Notes: generated by a model from the letters alone, not told the origin. Shown: positions 1-13,006, numbered from the stretch's first letter. The stretch is 64,000 nt of DNA from Octopus vulgaris (GCA_951406725.2 OX597817.1:96782001-96846000), one strand, 5' to 3'. Program-made: numbers and translations.

Positions 1-922
1 GCACAAGGTATTTGAGGATATAGCTTTTTTTGGGTCATTGCTGCATTTTGCTAACTCTGTATAATCTTTGTTTCAGAAAATAATAATGGCAGACTCTCAG
101 CTTACTCAAGAAATGAAGAGGCATGCTGTTATTGTGGTTATAAAGACTGAGCATAGCAATTAGAAAAATCTCGATTTTTAAAAGTTGCCAGATCTTTTAT
201 CTACAAAGTTTGTAAGGAGCTAGAGACTGAAGATGGAAATGTATCACCAGTATCAAAGCATAAAACACATTCTAAATGCTCTGAAATTATCAGAGTGCCT
301 GAATTTATCCAGCAGGTTCAACAGACCATTGATTACAATCCCAGAGTGTCCATGAGGTCAATTGCAAAAGATATCCATATGTCAGAAGGAACAATCAGAA
401 ATGTTGTCCACTAAGACATCAATTTTCTATGACGAGGAAAAGTCAATTTGTTAGAAAAAGCGAAAGAAAATCACTACATTGGATCTAAAAAGGCTCTAAA
501 ACAAACTGAAAAATCCAGAAGAAGAAGATTTGATTTTGCTTTTCTCAAATGAGAAAAACTTCAACCAAGATCAAAAAGTTAACAGAAAAAAAGGTAGATG
601 ATTATGTGCTGACCCTTCTAAAGTTCCAAGTGTTATTCATACAAAATTTCTTGAAACTGTCGTGGTTTTAGGAGTTGTCAGCAATGAAGGACACCAAAGA
701 TTCTTTGAAAGAGTAATGTCCAAAATGAACCAGGACTACTTGATTCAAGTATGTAGATGATTCAGATCTCATATAGAAGCAGATGATGAAGCTGAAGATG
801 GCTTCATTGAATAACATGATAAAAAAGATTTATGTTTATCCTCATAGCATTTTTAGATAAATAAAGCTATTATCTGTTATTTTATAAACATAAATCTGTC
901 CTCAAATATCTTATGCACTCTG
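1..922 (+). mobile_element. Internally deleted Tc1/mariner-superfamily DNA transposon remnant (left TIR cut by window edge)
   Basis: 1-22 gcacaaggtatttgaggatata matches the reverse complement of 895-918; broken ORF from ATG at 86 (MADSQLTQEMKRHAVIV) with an FSNEKNF (FSDEK-like) catalytic motif. Confidence 0.65.
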
Positions 923-954
923 TGTGTGTGTGTGTGTGTTAATACCAAAAATGT

Positions 955-1595
955 GCAGAAAATAGACTCCATCAAATGCCAGTGGAGAACACTAGAAGTA
1001 GTTGATAGCTTCTGTTACGTAGGTAACTGAGTCAGTAGCGGAGGTGGATGTTCCTAGAGTGTAGCTGTGAGAATAAGAATAGGCTTGGCAAAGTTCTGAG
1101 ACCTCCTACCTCTGTTGGCAATAAAGGGCCTCTCCCTCAGAGTGAAAGGCAGATTGCACAATGCCTGTGTGTGAACAGCCATCCTACATGGCAGTGAAAT
1201 ATGGGCTGTGACTGCCAAGGACATGTAAAGGCTTGAAAGAAATAAAGCTAGCATACTTCACTGGATGTGCAATGTCAGTGTGCATGCATGACAGAGTGTA
1301 AACATCTTGAGAGAAAAGTTGGGCCTAAGAGGTATCAGATGTGGTGTGCAAAAGAGATGACTGCACTGGTATGGTCATGTGATGTGTATGGACAAAGAAA
1401 GCTGTGTGAAGAAGTGTTGATTTCTAACAGTGGAGGTTAACCCGTGGAAGAGGTAGACTCAGGAAGCCATAGGACAAGATGGTGAAGCATTACCTTTGAA
1501 CATTGAACCTCACAGAAGCAATGACAAGTAATTGAGACCCTTTGAACTTTGGGCCTCATGGAGGCAGTGACAAGTGACTGAGACCTTTGGCAATA
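955..1595 (+). mobile_element. RTE-clade LINE, degenerate C-terminal ORF fragment
   Basis: Translates with stops to LEVVDSFCY.G...RIRIGLAKF..LLPLL..KGLSLRVKGRL..ACV..AILHGSE.WA, typical of the RTE post-RT region; homologous to 58112-58300. Confidence 0.75.
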
Positions 1596-1597
1596 TT

Positions 1598-3176
1598 CAC
1601 TGCAACCCACATTATTAGGCAAATCAACCTTCTCTCAATAAATAAATGTATGTTCATTCAAAACCTGTTGTTTTCCCACTGACTGTTGGCAACACCTATC
1701 TGCACACATTCTGTTAAAATAAATCAGATCTACGCAGGTGGAAACATACAGTAGCCATTATTGAATAGCAGCAACATTTCTGCTGTCCCAAATTATTAGG
1801 CAGGTACCCAATTTAGGTGTCATTATGGGTTAGAAATGTGATCTTACCTCGAATGAGAAGTCTACCATCATGTCAGAGCTTGGAAAAGGAAGAACAACCA
1901 TAGCAATATCGAAAATACTGGGAAGAGATCACCAAACAGTGAAGAAATTTGTGCAATCTCCTATTTCTGTCTGGTGGAGGGGAGATAAGGGTGAATCAAG
2001 AGTTGCTTTGAATCATACTTTGCCACGTATGAAAAGGGAAGTTGAGTGGAACCCATGTCTGACAACTAATGAACTCTTAAAACATCGTGGCAGGGAAGAT
2101 GTATTGAAAACTATCAGATGTCACCTCTTGAAGCTGGTAGTCAGGAATGTCAAACCTTTTACAAGGTCCCATCTGAAGGCTGTTCATAAACAGAGGAGAC
2201 TGAAATGGGCAGAAGAATACATGAAGGAAGATTTTTCAATAGTTCTGTTCACTGATGAATGCCGTGCTACCCTTCATGGACCAAATGGCTGGAGTAAAGG
2301 TTGGGTATCAATCAGCAGGAACCATCCTCGTCATTTGAGACACCAACAGTAGGGAGGTGGAGGGGGGGTCATGTTTTGGGATGGCATCATTTGTGGTATG
2401 ATGGTAGGGTCATGGAAGATGACATCAAAAACATGTTACCTTCTTAAAGGACAATTACCAACTATGGTTCAAAAAGCAGAAACTTTCATTTAAGAGAAAG
2501 CTGGTCTTCATGCAAGATAATGCCCCATCTCATGCAGCAAAGAATTCTAAGGAATACCTGCAGCAAAGAATTCTAAGGAATACCTGCAGCAAATAGGCTT
2601 CTCTGTAGGTCATTTGATGGAGTGGTCATCTTGTTCCCCTGACTTAAACCCGATCAAGAACCAGTGGAGTGTCCTGAAGAGGCACGTTTACCAAGATGGA
2701 TGGCAGTTTTCAAGTAAAGTTGCCCTTCTGGGATGTTACTGTAGATACTGCTCAAAGAAAGCATGACACAAGAGGATATCATCACCATGACAAATTCAAT
2801 GGATCAGAGCATAAGAAAGGTTATTGCATGTGGAAGATAATGCATCAAACATTAGAAGCTATATGACATCATAATCCCATGATTATTTCATTCGAATGTA
2901 TTAGCATGTTTACCATTAAAACCTTTATGAATAATTCTTTTGTTAAACCTTTACTGTTGAATTAAATAAATGTTTATTCTGACATTTTTATTATACTTGC
3001 CTAATAATTTGTGATAGTGAAAATGTTGCCCAATCACAAAAATGACTGCCATTTGTTGGTGTCTGTGCAAATCCGATTTATTTTAACAATGTGCACAGAC
3101 AGGTGCTGCCAACAGTTAGTAGGAAAACAACTGGTTTTGAATGAAGGTTGATTTCCTAATAATGTGGGACACAATG
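1598..3176 (+). mobile_element. Tc1-family (DD34E-like) transposon with ~200 bp IR/DR terminal repeats, inactive
   Basis: 1598-1805 is an imperfect inverted repeat of 2995-3176, with attattaggca at both ends of the left arm; TA follows at 3177. Confidence 0.85.
1825..2855 (+). pseudogene. Tc1 transposase pseudogene
   Basis: ORF 1870-2352 with HTH region and VLFTDE; downstream FMQDNAPSH and SPDLNPIKN (E lost); stops, frameshifts and a 26-bp tandem duplication near 2534-2590. Confidence 0.85.
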
Positions 3177-3178
3177 TA

Positions 3179-3437
3179 CTATGCTTGAGAAGACCTGTCA
3201 AGCCAAATGAGATTGCAGTTGTGGCCAATGGTGGTATTTCATAACTGGCACCCATGCCGATGGCAAGTAAAAAGCACACTCTACACTCTTGAAGTAGTTG
3301 ATGTTAGGAAGGGCATCAAGAGTAGAAAGCATGCCAAAATTACACTGGAACCTGGTGCAGCTCCCCAGCTTACCAGTTTTGTCAAACCATCCCAGCCATG
3401 CCAGCATGAAAAATGGATGTTCAATGATGATGATAAC
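3179..3437 (+). mobile_element. 3' end of the RTE element interrupted by the Tc1
   Basis: Continues the RTE sequence (gcttgagaagacc) and ends in (gat)n; homologous to the reverse complement of 13920-14270 and 25985-26160. Confidence 0.65.
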
Positions 3438-3559
3438 ATATGTAGGCAATTCAATTAAACAATCATTTCAAATAAACAAATACTAAAAATAACAACAACA
3501 GACAATAAGAGAGCATACACTAAGAATGTATTAGTTTGATGCTCAGTAAAAGGAGAGAG

Positions 3560-3595
3560 TTTATGATGTTTCGAGCATAACTCTTCATTGGAAAG
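3560..3595 (-). ncRNA. Degenerate minimal hammerhead motif in a Penelope-derived repeat
   Basis: Minus strand ccaatga-a-gagt-tat-gctc-gaaa-ca-tc; two core substitutions; flanks resemble 5838-6060. Confidence 0.35.
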
Positions 3596-3644
3596 GAGAA
3601 AGGGAAAAGTCCAAAGAACGAAAAGAAATCAACCACAGCTTGTG

Positions 3645-3675
<31 letters not shown>

Positions 3676-3758
3676 ACATGCAACAAAAACAGTACTGAAA
3701 GGAAACCCCAAAACAGTGAAAGGCAGTGCTCCAGCACGGCTACAGCCATATCAATATG

Positions 3759-5012
3759 TTGGGTCATCCAATAAATAATGCGGTTTTTTCAATTGCATGC
3801 ATTAAAAATCAGAAGAGGATAGGATAAACTACCTGAATCAACTTGCTATAAAAGCAGATAGTAATTTTATATTGTGCTTATTCTTAGTGCAAGCTTTGAA
3901 GAGTGCAGTTCGATATTAACAGTCATTTTTTAAAGCTATAATGGAAGTGACAAAGCATATTCAGCATATTTTGCTTTATGAGTTCAATAAAGGCAACAAC
4001 GCAACGGAAAGAGTGAGGAATATTAATGCAGTACATGGGGATTTGACAAGTGTCACCCAGTGTCAATGGTGGTTCCAGAAATTTCAAGCCAGAAACTACA
4101 GCCTAGAAGATGAGCCTCATCCTGGAAGATCTATAGAGCTCAACAAGGACGCCCTGCAAACCCTGGTGAAAAAAACTCCCAACGTAACTGTTGAGCAACT
4201 AGCAGAGAAGCTTGGATTTGGTCATTCAACTATTTGACACCTGCATGCCATTGGAAAGGTTAGCAAATTAGGTCAATGGGTTTCTCACAAATTTTCTGAG
4301 TCTAATCATCAGCAGAGAGTAAATGTGTGCTCTTCTTTGCTGTCACATCTCACGAATGAACCTTTCTTGGACTGAATAGTGACTGGTGACGAGAAATGGG
4401 TTCTCTATAAAAAGTCAAGTGCCAAAGACAGTGCGTAGGGAAAGGAGAAACACCAGCACCCCAAGCTAAAGAAGGTCTTAACCCATGTAAGATGTTGTTA
4501 TCTATTTGGTGAGATATGAAAGGTTTAGTCCACTTTGAACTTTTAAACCCAAGCCAAACGATAAAAAAGGAGATATACTACAAGTAGCTTGAGTGGCTAA
4601 AGTCAGTGCTAGAAGAAAAATGGCCACCTTTGGTTTCAAGATGAAAGGTGTTCTTCTATCAGGATAATGATCGGCCACATATAGCGAGGATGACTGGAGC
4701 AGTTTGAAAGGGAAACAATGCCCTACTCACCATATTCGCCAAACATTACCCCATCTTGTTATCATTTATTCTGCAGTCTTCAAAATAATTTAGATGGAAA
4801 AATATTAATTCTGTAGACAAGGTCAGGATAGTAGTGGGGGAGTATCTTTAGTCACACACAAGTGAAGAGGGAACTTTTGGAAGAAGGACCTTGCAAGTCT
4901 AGACGGAAGAGCATTCTAGAAAGTGAAGGAGAGTATATTTTAGATTAAAAAAGAACTTTATCTTAATTTTGAAAAAGTATTTAAAAACCACATTATTTAT
5001 GGGATGACCCAA
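3759..5012 (+). mobile_element. Full-length but decayed mariner (DD34D) element
   Basis: ~30 bp TIRs ttgggtcatccaataaataatgcggtttt / aaaaccacattatttatgggatgacccaa followed by TA; transposase from 3941 with IVTGDEKW, QDNDRPH and YSPNITPS.YHLF motifs, many stops. Confidence 0.9.
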
Positions 5013-5624
5013 TATATATTTATATATATACTAGACTACCTGTGACCTGTTGGGTACCTGGAAAGTCTGAGTTTCCCAGCAACAGAGTTTTGTTTCATGA
5101 TTTTTTATTTTTTGAGGTTATTCTGCATGCTTTCAACAGATCTGACATTGAAATCACATGCAAACGGCTCCTTTCCCTGGAAAAGGAAAGACTTGGCTGC
5201 TATTTCTTGCACGCGCTGCGACCATATAACAGGTATTTTGGGTCCTTTATCGCAAATAGTTGTTACCTGGTAGCAGAGCATGCTAGAAATAGCAGCCAAA
5301 TCTTTGGAGCTGAGATACATTGAATGCACTCCAAAAAATTTTTGTAATTGTATTCCCTTGGGGCAATCTTTCACTTTGACTCTCAGAAATTTCATCCAGA
5401 TCAGCTGGTTTTGTTCATTAATTTCTGTTAACAACTTACATTTTCCAAATCACATTCAGTTCACAACATTTTTAAATGATTGAAATATTGTGAATATCAA
5501 AAAGTCAATATTGCCTTTTTCGTAGAGAGTGTGAACACTTTGTATAGGTCACAGATTCTGCACATGTTTGTGTTGATTCACAAGCCATGACATTCATTAT
5601 GTGTATATATTATATATATATATA

Positions 5625-6060
5625 CTCTTTTACTTGTTTCAGTCATTTGACTGTGGCCATGCTGGAGCACCGCCTTTAGTTGAGCAAATCGACCCCAAGA
5701 CTTATTCTTTGTAAGCTTAGTAATTATTCTACCGGTCTCTTTTGCCGAACCGCTAAGTTATGGGGACGTAAGCACATCAGCAGTGGTTGTCAAGCGATGT
5801 TGAGGGAACAAACATGACACACACGTATATATATATAACGGGAAGCTTTAGGAAAATAAACAAAAGACGAAGGCAGGTGGAGTACAAACAAACAATTGTA
5901 TTAGTATGGCGCTCAGGAATATAAATAAAACAAGTCTTTTACGTTTCGAGCCTACGCTCTTCAACAGAAAGATACACAGAAAAGAAACACGGAGAGAAAC
6001 AAGGAGAGAAAAAAATGCGTGCAGAAGCTAGCGATTCAACATGGCGATTCTGGCGACAAC

Positions 6061-6106
<46 letters not shown>

Positions 6107-6261
6107 GACGGGCTTCTTTCAGTTTCCGTCTACCAAATCCACTCACAGGGCTTTGGTTGACCCAAGGCTATAGTAAAAGACACTTGCCCAAGGTGCCACG
6201 CAGTGGGACTGAACCCGGAAGCATGTGGTTGGTAAGCAAGCTACTTACCACACAGCCACTC

Positions 6262-6262
<1 letters not shown>
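5625..6262 (-). mobile_element. tRNA-derived SINE, split by an insertion in its central dinucleotide tract
   Basis: Head 6105-6262 with A box tggctgtgtgg and B box ggttcagtcc; tail 5625-5815 ending ggtgctccagcatggccacagtcaaatgactgaaacaagtaaaagagta. Confidence 0.8.
5935..5972 (-). ncRNA. Minimal type I hammerhead ribozyme motif (A6U variant) within Penelope-derived insert 5838-6060
   Basis: Minus strand tcttt-CTGTTGA-a-gagc-gtag-gctc-GAAA-cg-TA-aaaga. Confidence 0.6.
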
Positions 6263-6300
<38 letters not shown>

Positions 6301-6386
6301 ATACACCCCCACACATATATATATATATATATATATAATGCTAGCATGGAAAGCGGACGCTAAATGAAAATGATGATGAATGATGA

Positions 6387-6424
<38 letters not shown>

Positions 6425-6432
6425 TATATATA

Positions 6433-9055
6433 TTTTAGTTTCAGCTCAGAGCTGCGCCCATGCTGATGCACTGCCGTTTTGTGCAATTTTTGCCTCTTTG
6501 GCCGCAGGTAAAGTGGCAAAGAATTCTTCTGGTTTGGTTACTTGCCTGTGTCCTTGAGGTGTAGTGAACACACTTTGGAACTGATTGTTCAGTATTTCAC
6601 TTATCCTCATGGGATTTCCTGTGAGGGAGCCATCTTTTTGGAAGAGAGGTCCTATTCTCTGGTGCACTGTGGCTGTCTCTTTGGCAAACTTAAAGAAAGC
6701 TTTAGGGTTTGACTTTATATTTTCTATTACCCAAGCTTCTTTATTTGCACTCTCTTTTTCATGAGACTGATGCAGACTTTTCTCAATTTCCATTAGCATT
6801 CTCTCGAGCCGAGACTTCTCACCACTTTTGGTGTGCTTGCTCAGGCAGTTCGCAATCCTTGTCCGTCATCTCATAAGAATCTTCCTTTCTCTGGGGATCC
6901 TGTTTTTGTTTTTGTGTGTGCTGGCCCTGCACACTGGGACATATTTGTCACATGGCTTGCATTATGGACATGAAGCGTTTGTGTGTCATGTCAATGTCTG
7001 GTGTGGAGAGACATTTAGGCCAATCCTGTTTGAGGATCTCTTTCTCAATCAACTTCCAATTTGCTTTATGAAAGTTTAAGTTGGAGAGATTGTGGATGCT
7101 TCGTAAAGGCTGTGTGTCTGCGGGGGCTTTTAGTCCATACATAGGACAGCTCTATTATGTTGTGATCCGAGATCATTGTCGGCATCACTTTAACATTATG
7201 GATAATATCCATATTGTTTGTGAAGCAGAGATCCAGTATATTATCTGCCCTTGTTGGTTGCAGCACTATTTGCTCCATGAAAGAGGCATTTGTGAGATGG
7301 AGCAGGGACTCTGCCTGTGCCTGCTGATGGTGTGTCATCCCTGGGAGCATTCTGCTCCCCAGGCCATTCCACATTGAGGAAGTTAAAGTCACCCATGAAG
7401 AATACACTGTTGTGTTGTTCCAGGTTGGTGAGAACTTCTATTTTTGTTAGGCAGTCTTCAAACATGCCTGTGTGATTTGGGGCATCTGGTGGGCGATAAG
7501 TAGTATATATGACGATATTCAGTTGTCTTATGTGTACAATTTGAGTGTCACACACTGAGTTTGAATATGATAACAGGACCTGGGGCATGAGGTCATCTCG
7601 GATGTACATTGCAACTCCACCATAGCTCCTCCCTTTTCTATCTGAGCGTATGACAGCATATTGCAGTATGTGTATTTCTGCATCTCCCATATTGGGTCCA
7701 AGATGCGTTTCTATGAGTGCCATGCATATAGCTTGATTGCATGCCACAAGGTCTCTCAGGAATGAGATTTTCCTTTTACAGTTGCCGCGCAGCAGCCCTC
7801 CTATGTTCAGTAGAAATATTTTTGTGGTGTGTGTGTTGGTGTCTGTGGTGGCCATCTTGCATCTGTTGGTGGTGGCCTTATGTGGTGGTAGTTCCAGCTT
7901 TGTGTTTGTAGCCAGGTCAGCTGCTGGACAATTTTTTGTGCCATGCACAAAAAAGATTGCTGTTCAGCTGCTGCCCTTCTCACATCTGGGTGAAGCTGGC
8001 CATTTGTTGGGCTATGCAGTATCTTTTTTGAACCACACACTACATCCACATATCGTCTTTCAGGAGTAGTCAGTGCGCCATTTTACCTTCTTTGATATTT
8101 TTCTTTTTCTTTTTGTTCTCCCCAAGGGGGGGGGGGGGTTGTCTTGTGTCCATGCGGTTTTGGCAGGGCTTCTGATGTGCAAAATGACAGTTTGCACCAT
8201 CGTCGCCATGCCAGCAGTCTCCCTTCAGGTAGAATTTGCAGATGCTTCTGCTTTTGCCCTTGTAGCTTTTGCTGGGGTTCTTCTGTTTTTTTCTGAACAG
8301 TGTTTGTTTTAGTTTTCTTGTCTTTTACCTCTTGTTTTCCGTCGATTTTAGGGTGCTTTCCTTTTTTTGCGTTTTCAGTTGTGTTGGGGGATGGACATGT
8401 GCCATTGTTTCCCTTGGTTGCAGGTATCTCAGTTGTGTCTTTTGTTGGGTCCTGGATGCTTTCTCCATCCTTTTGGTCTTCCCTGGTGCAGTCACCTCCT
8501 AGGATGATGTCCAGAGTGTCCATGTGTTGCCTGATTAGAGCGTATGAACGGAGGAATTCTCGTTTCTTTCGCTCTATCTGGGCGGTGGTCCTGGATAAAT
8601 CATTGCTCTTAAGCGCCGCTGTAATGATATTGTTTGGCGAGTCACCCTCGGCAATCTTCCAGGCGCGGACGAACAATTGCAACTCCCTCGCAGACCAGTT
8701 CCTTGACACCTTCGCCTGAGATACAGTGAGAATGAAATAGAGGAACAGAGAGAAGGAAAGATAAGATGGTTGACCTGAGGGGGAGAGGAGAGAAGAGAAG
8801 AAAAAAGCTGGTGGCAGATCAGCCGGGGGGGGGGGGAATAGAGAGAGAGAGACAAGGGAATTGACCTGAGAGGAGAGAGAAAGAATGGCAGGTCAGCAAG
8901 GGGAGGGGAGCGGGATAGAGGTGTGGTAGAGAGAAAGAAGTAAAAGGACAGGGAGGAAAAGAGAGACAAGGGGATGGACCTTAGGGGGAGCAGGGAGAAG
9001 AAAGGTAGAGAGAAAAATGGAGAGGGAGAGAGAGGGGGGGATAGAGGTACAAGAG
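6433..9055 (-). mobile_element. CR1-group LINE copy with ORF1 and APE endonuclease; RT region internally deleted, 3' tail retained
   Basis: ORFs 8083-8709, 7807-8049, 7241-7948, 7066-7407 and 6446-6799 are highly similar to 53470-55690; after LPAAKEAK it jumps to the 3' box and hairpin at 6433-6480. Confidence 0.9.
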
Positions 9056-9259
9056 AGTGAATTAAATTGCAAGTCTTTGGATGCCACAATAGTAGTGTGG
9101 TCCATGAAGGCCTGTAGTGGTGACATTTGACATCCTCTGACAAGTTCCACTGGTTATTGCCTTAGTTACTGCGACTCTAAGCACCTACATTGCCAGAATA
9201 AAAAATATTGGTGACACTGTGCATCCCAATGCAATTACCACCTCTAGTTAAGCCCAAAT

Positions 9260-9990
9260 GGTTGTGTACATTTTGGTGCAGAAGCACATCTTAAATCCAG
9301 TGGAGTATGAACCCAAATGGTGGAGTGGTATAACCATCCTTGAGAAGAGTTTAACATGAAACCTGCATTGTTCTCAGTGGAATATGCCACTTGGGATTCA
9401 AATATGTCTTCCTCAAGTGCTCTTCCACAATGTCCTGCTCTATTGAGAGTGCTCTTGATGATGGCTGATTGAAGAGACTCCTGGTATATTTGTAAAGCTT
9501 CTGGAAGGACTGATCTTATTCTCTCCTTCATTTCAGTCATTGTCTTTACTGAAAGCATTATATCTTTCTGAGGTCTTTCCAGATTTTTAACTGTCACTCT
9601 GTCTCTTCAGAATTTGAAGTGTGTAGGTGCCTTTTTAAGTTTCTTTTCTTATTCTTTAAGTACTCCATTTGTCTTTACCATTTGTTCTTAGCTGGTAACT
9701 TTATGTTTTCCCTTTTACACTACATTGTTCCTTGCAGATCTTATATATGCCCTCTCTATAAACTACCAGGTGCTTATTGTACAACATTTTACCCAGTTCC
9801 TTGTTACTGTGTTTGGAAAATTGCACCATCAAGCCTACTCCAAGCTCCTTCATTGCTCACTGGTGCTCTTGATCACCACTGCAAGAGTGAATTTTTATAT
9901 CTCTTTAATATTTATTGTGTTTTTAACACATGTCCACAAGAGATGTTATCTCAGGACAAACACTGCAGCAATTGGTCTATCGACAGTGTA
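9260..9990 (-). mobile_element. Degenerate Tc1-like transposase remnant
   Basis: ORF 9244-9597 contains IIKSTLNRAGHCGR, resembling the Tc1 HTH/GR.AR segment; many disruptions. Confidence 0.45.
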
Positions 9991-10734
9991 CATACATTAA
10001 ATATAATACATAGATGGTTTTATGTGTCATAAATTAAATCAACAATAGTGCGATTGAAGTCCTTATTCAATTTACAATTGAAAGAAGGTTCAAAATAAAA
10101 TCATCTGAATATTGTGTTGTGTGCAATTGGTTTTTACTTCTAAACATTAAGCAACACACTTCCAAAACCTAAACTGTTCAAACATTTATTAATTAATTGA
10201 AAATCATTAAGTTAATGTTTAACAAAATTAAATATTCAATAAGAAAATGAAAAGATTAGAAGTTAATTTTTTTTATTAAAAACGTGTCAAAAATATAATA
10301 TCCCACAGCAATACCAATTTTTGTTTTATATTAGTTTGACTCAAACTTGATGCAATATACAGAGCAACAACTAGGAAACAACAAACACTTGTCAGTCTCA
10401 GAAAGCAGTCTTGCAAAGTATAGGAGTAGGGGCACAATAAGTAAGATTTATTGCATTTTTGACTTTGAAAAAAGATGTTTTTTCATAAAAACTATGTCAG
10501 TTAAGCAAATGAGCTCTAAATGCATTAAAACCACTATAACATACTCCGAACGCTATTTTCAAAAACATCTCTGTTCTCTTTGAGCATATAAAAGACAAAT
10601 TTAGCTGGGCTAAAATGAGTAAGACAAGATAGATAAATTTACTTCTTCAATTCTCCAGAATTACATTTGAGAAAGGACTCATACACATCAATATACATCT
10701 TCAGACATCAGTAATGCAACAAAAATTTTGGTGG

Positions 10735-11745
10735 ACTTTTGGATCAGGACCCCTATATAAGTTGAAATTTCTCTGTTTTGATGGGATATTTCCATTTCTT
10801 TTTCACCACAGCCTTCAAAGTGATGGTGGGGGTTATGAAATTTTTGAAAATTCATGATTTTTTCCACCCTTCCCCCTCCAGACTAATTTTTTTTTCTGGC
10901 CAATTTCTCTTTGCATTACACACTTAAAAACGATGGGAGAAGCCTTTTTGGTAGATAAAAAATTTTTTAAAACATTTTCAGAAGAAAAACTGATTTAAGG
11001 GAGATTTAGCTATCTTGAACATGTATTGATGTTTTTCAAACTTTCCTCACCATAAACACATTTTATGGAATGGTGGTCCATTGCTGGGATTTAAGCAACA
11101 AAAAGAAAAGTTGTAATTTAAATTTCTATCCTCTTCCCCCACACTAAGCGAGTCCGTGTAAGAAAAAGACATTTACTAACAGAAGAGTATGCTATTAAAA
11201 TACATTATCTTTTTAAAATCACTATGGACAAATCCCATCAGACCTTAGGTCCCTACCAATATTTTTAAAATTATAAACTGAAACAAACGGGAGGGGACTG
11301 AAAAAAATCATAAATTTTCAAATTTTTTTTGTTTTTAATGATATACTTTTCTGTTAGTAAATGTTTTTTCTTACACACAAACACAGACTCGCTTGATATT
11401 GAAGGGTGGGGAAGAAACAAAGTATCGGGTAGGTGGTAGGATGAGCTAAAAACAACTGAATAAATCTCCCTTAACATACTTTTTATTCTGAGAATATTTT
11501 CAAAAATTCTTTTTCACCAAAAAGGCTTTCCCATCGTTTTTAAGTGCTTAGTGAAAAAATTTTACCAAAACCAGTAAGGGTGAGGATGGAAGGGGAGGTG
11601 GGTGAAATTTTTTTTTAATTTTCAAAATTCTTTTTCATAAAAAGCTCCCCTACCCCATTATTTCGAGGCGGTGGTGGAAAAAAACCCAGAAAGAATCCCG
11701 TCAAAGCGGAGAAAGTCCAACCTACGTGGGCGTCCTGATCCCAAA
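10735..11745. repeat. ~1 kb imperfect palindrome (foldback-type element)
   Basis: 10741-10850 vs rc 11620-11745; 10920-10990 vs rc 11480-11550; 11147-11200 vs rc 11335-11395. Confidence 0.8.
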
Positions 11746-12470
11746 CTGCGCCAAAATTTAAATTATGTAGGTCAAATGGCACATATGAAATTAACGAAAC
11801 TCGACTAAATCTAGAAAGTAAACAGAATATTTTCACGGTCTGCTGAAGTGGTTCTCTACATAATATATTTACGCACCATTCAGTAAAAGAAGAAAAAAAT
11901 CATTGAAATGAGTCATTACTCATTTTGTCCCAGTTTAGACCTTTTTGTTTTGGAAATTATCAAATTAGTGTGGGGAAAAAATTGACTTAGAATCCAACAA
12001 AGAGAATATTGCTTGTTAAACACTAAAAATTATCCGGATATTTTATTAGCAACCTCAATTACAATCGGGTCTAAGTTGAGGAAAATTTTTTTGAAAAAGG
12101 TATGTCACCTGACTATATTTCAAACTCTCTCAACTTCAACAACTATGCCGACCAATTTTTACTCCCAAGTATGACGCGACAGTACAAAATGATGATGTAA
12201 TACTTGCAATGTCATAGTTTTAAACAGATTAGTAAAGAGGCATTAAAAGAAATTAGAAGTTACTCGTTTTGCCCCCCTACTGAATAATAGTATTTATCCA
12301 CCCAAATATATACAGATCGAAGGCATGGGACGATATACCGCGAAATGTTTTAGGAAAGCTCATGAGAGAAATCGCGATCACACGAAAAGGTAAAGTAGTC
12401 TAAGCAATTATAACGAAACCATCACCGGCTTGGAGAAGTCCAAAGAACGCACAAAATTGAGTGTCAAAAG

Positions 12471-13006
12471 GGTTAATATCTAGATCCGCACCCGGTGGGA
12501 AAAATGAGATCCGCACCCGGTGGGAAAAATGGAAACGAAAATGTGTAACAGTTGTAAGGCATCGTATATTGACGGAATAAGACGGGAAAAAAGCGCGCTG
12601 ACAAACGGGGGGGGGCTCGGGAAATTCCCAGGATCAACCGTAGAGGCAAAAATGGAAAAAAATATGTGTAACAGGTGTTTAAACGCATTTCACACACATA
12701 GCCCAATGTCATAATTCAAAACTAACGCAGCGAAAATTTTGAAAAGTTCCCCCAGTTCTGAAAAAATCGATAAATTCGACATGGGGTCGCGAATCAGAAA
12801 CACAATGGTGAAAATTGATGGTAAATTTTTCTTTAAATCGTAGGCAATTTTCCGAGCCCCTCCCCCCCCCCGTTTGTCAGCGCGCTTTTTTTCGTCATAT
12901 TCCTTCAATATACGATGCCTTACAACTGTTACACATTTTCGTTTCCATTTTTCCCACCGGGTGCGGATCTCATTTTTCCCACCGGGTGCGGATCTAGATA
13001 TTAACC
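12471..13006. mobile_element. Young 536-bp MITE, ~155 bp TIRs, 8-bp TSD (MULE- or Merlin-like)
   Basis: Ends ggttaatatctagatcc...ggatctagatattaacc; TSD gtcaaaag at 12463-12470 and 13007-13014; tandem agatccgcacccggtgggaaaaatg x2 in each TIR. Confidence 0.9.

Noticed and set aside
5031-5600. Helitron 3' end with protease-like remnant
   Set aside because: CTAG is present but the hairpin and protein similarity are too weak to call
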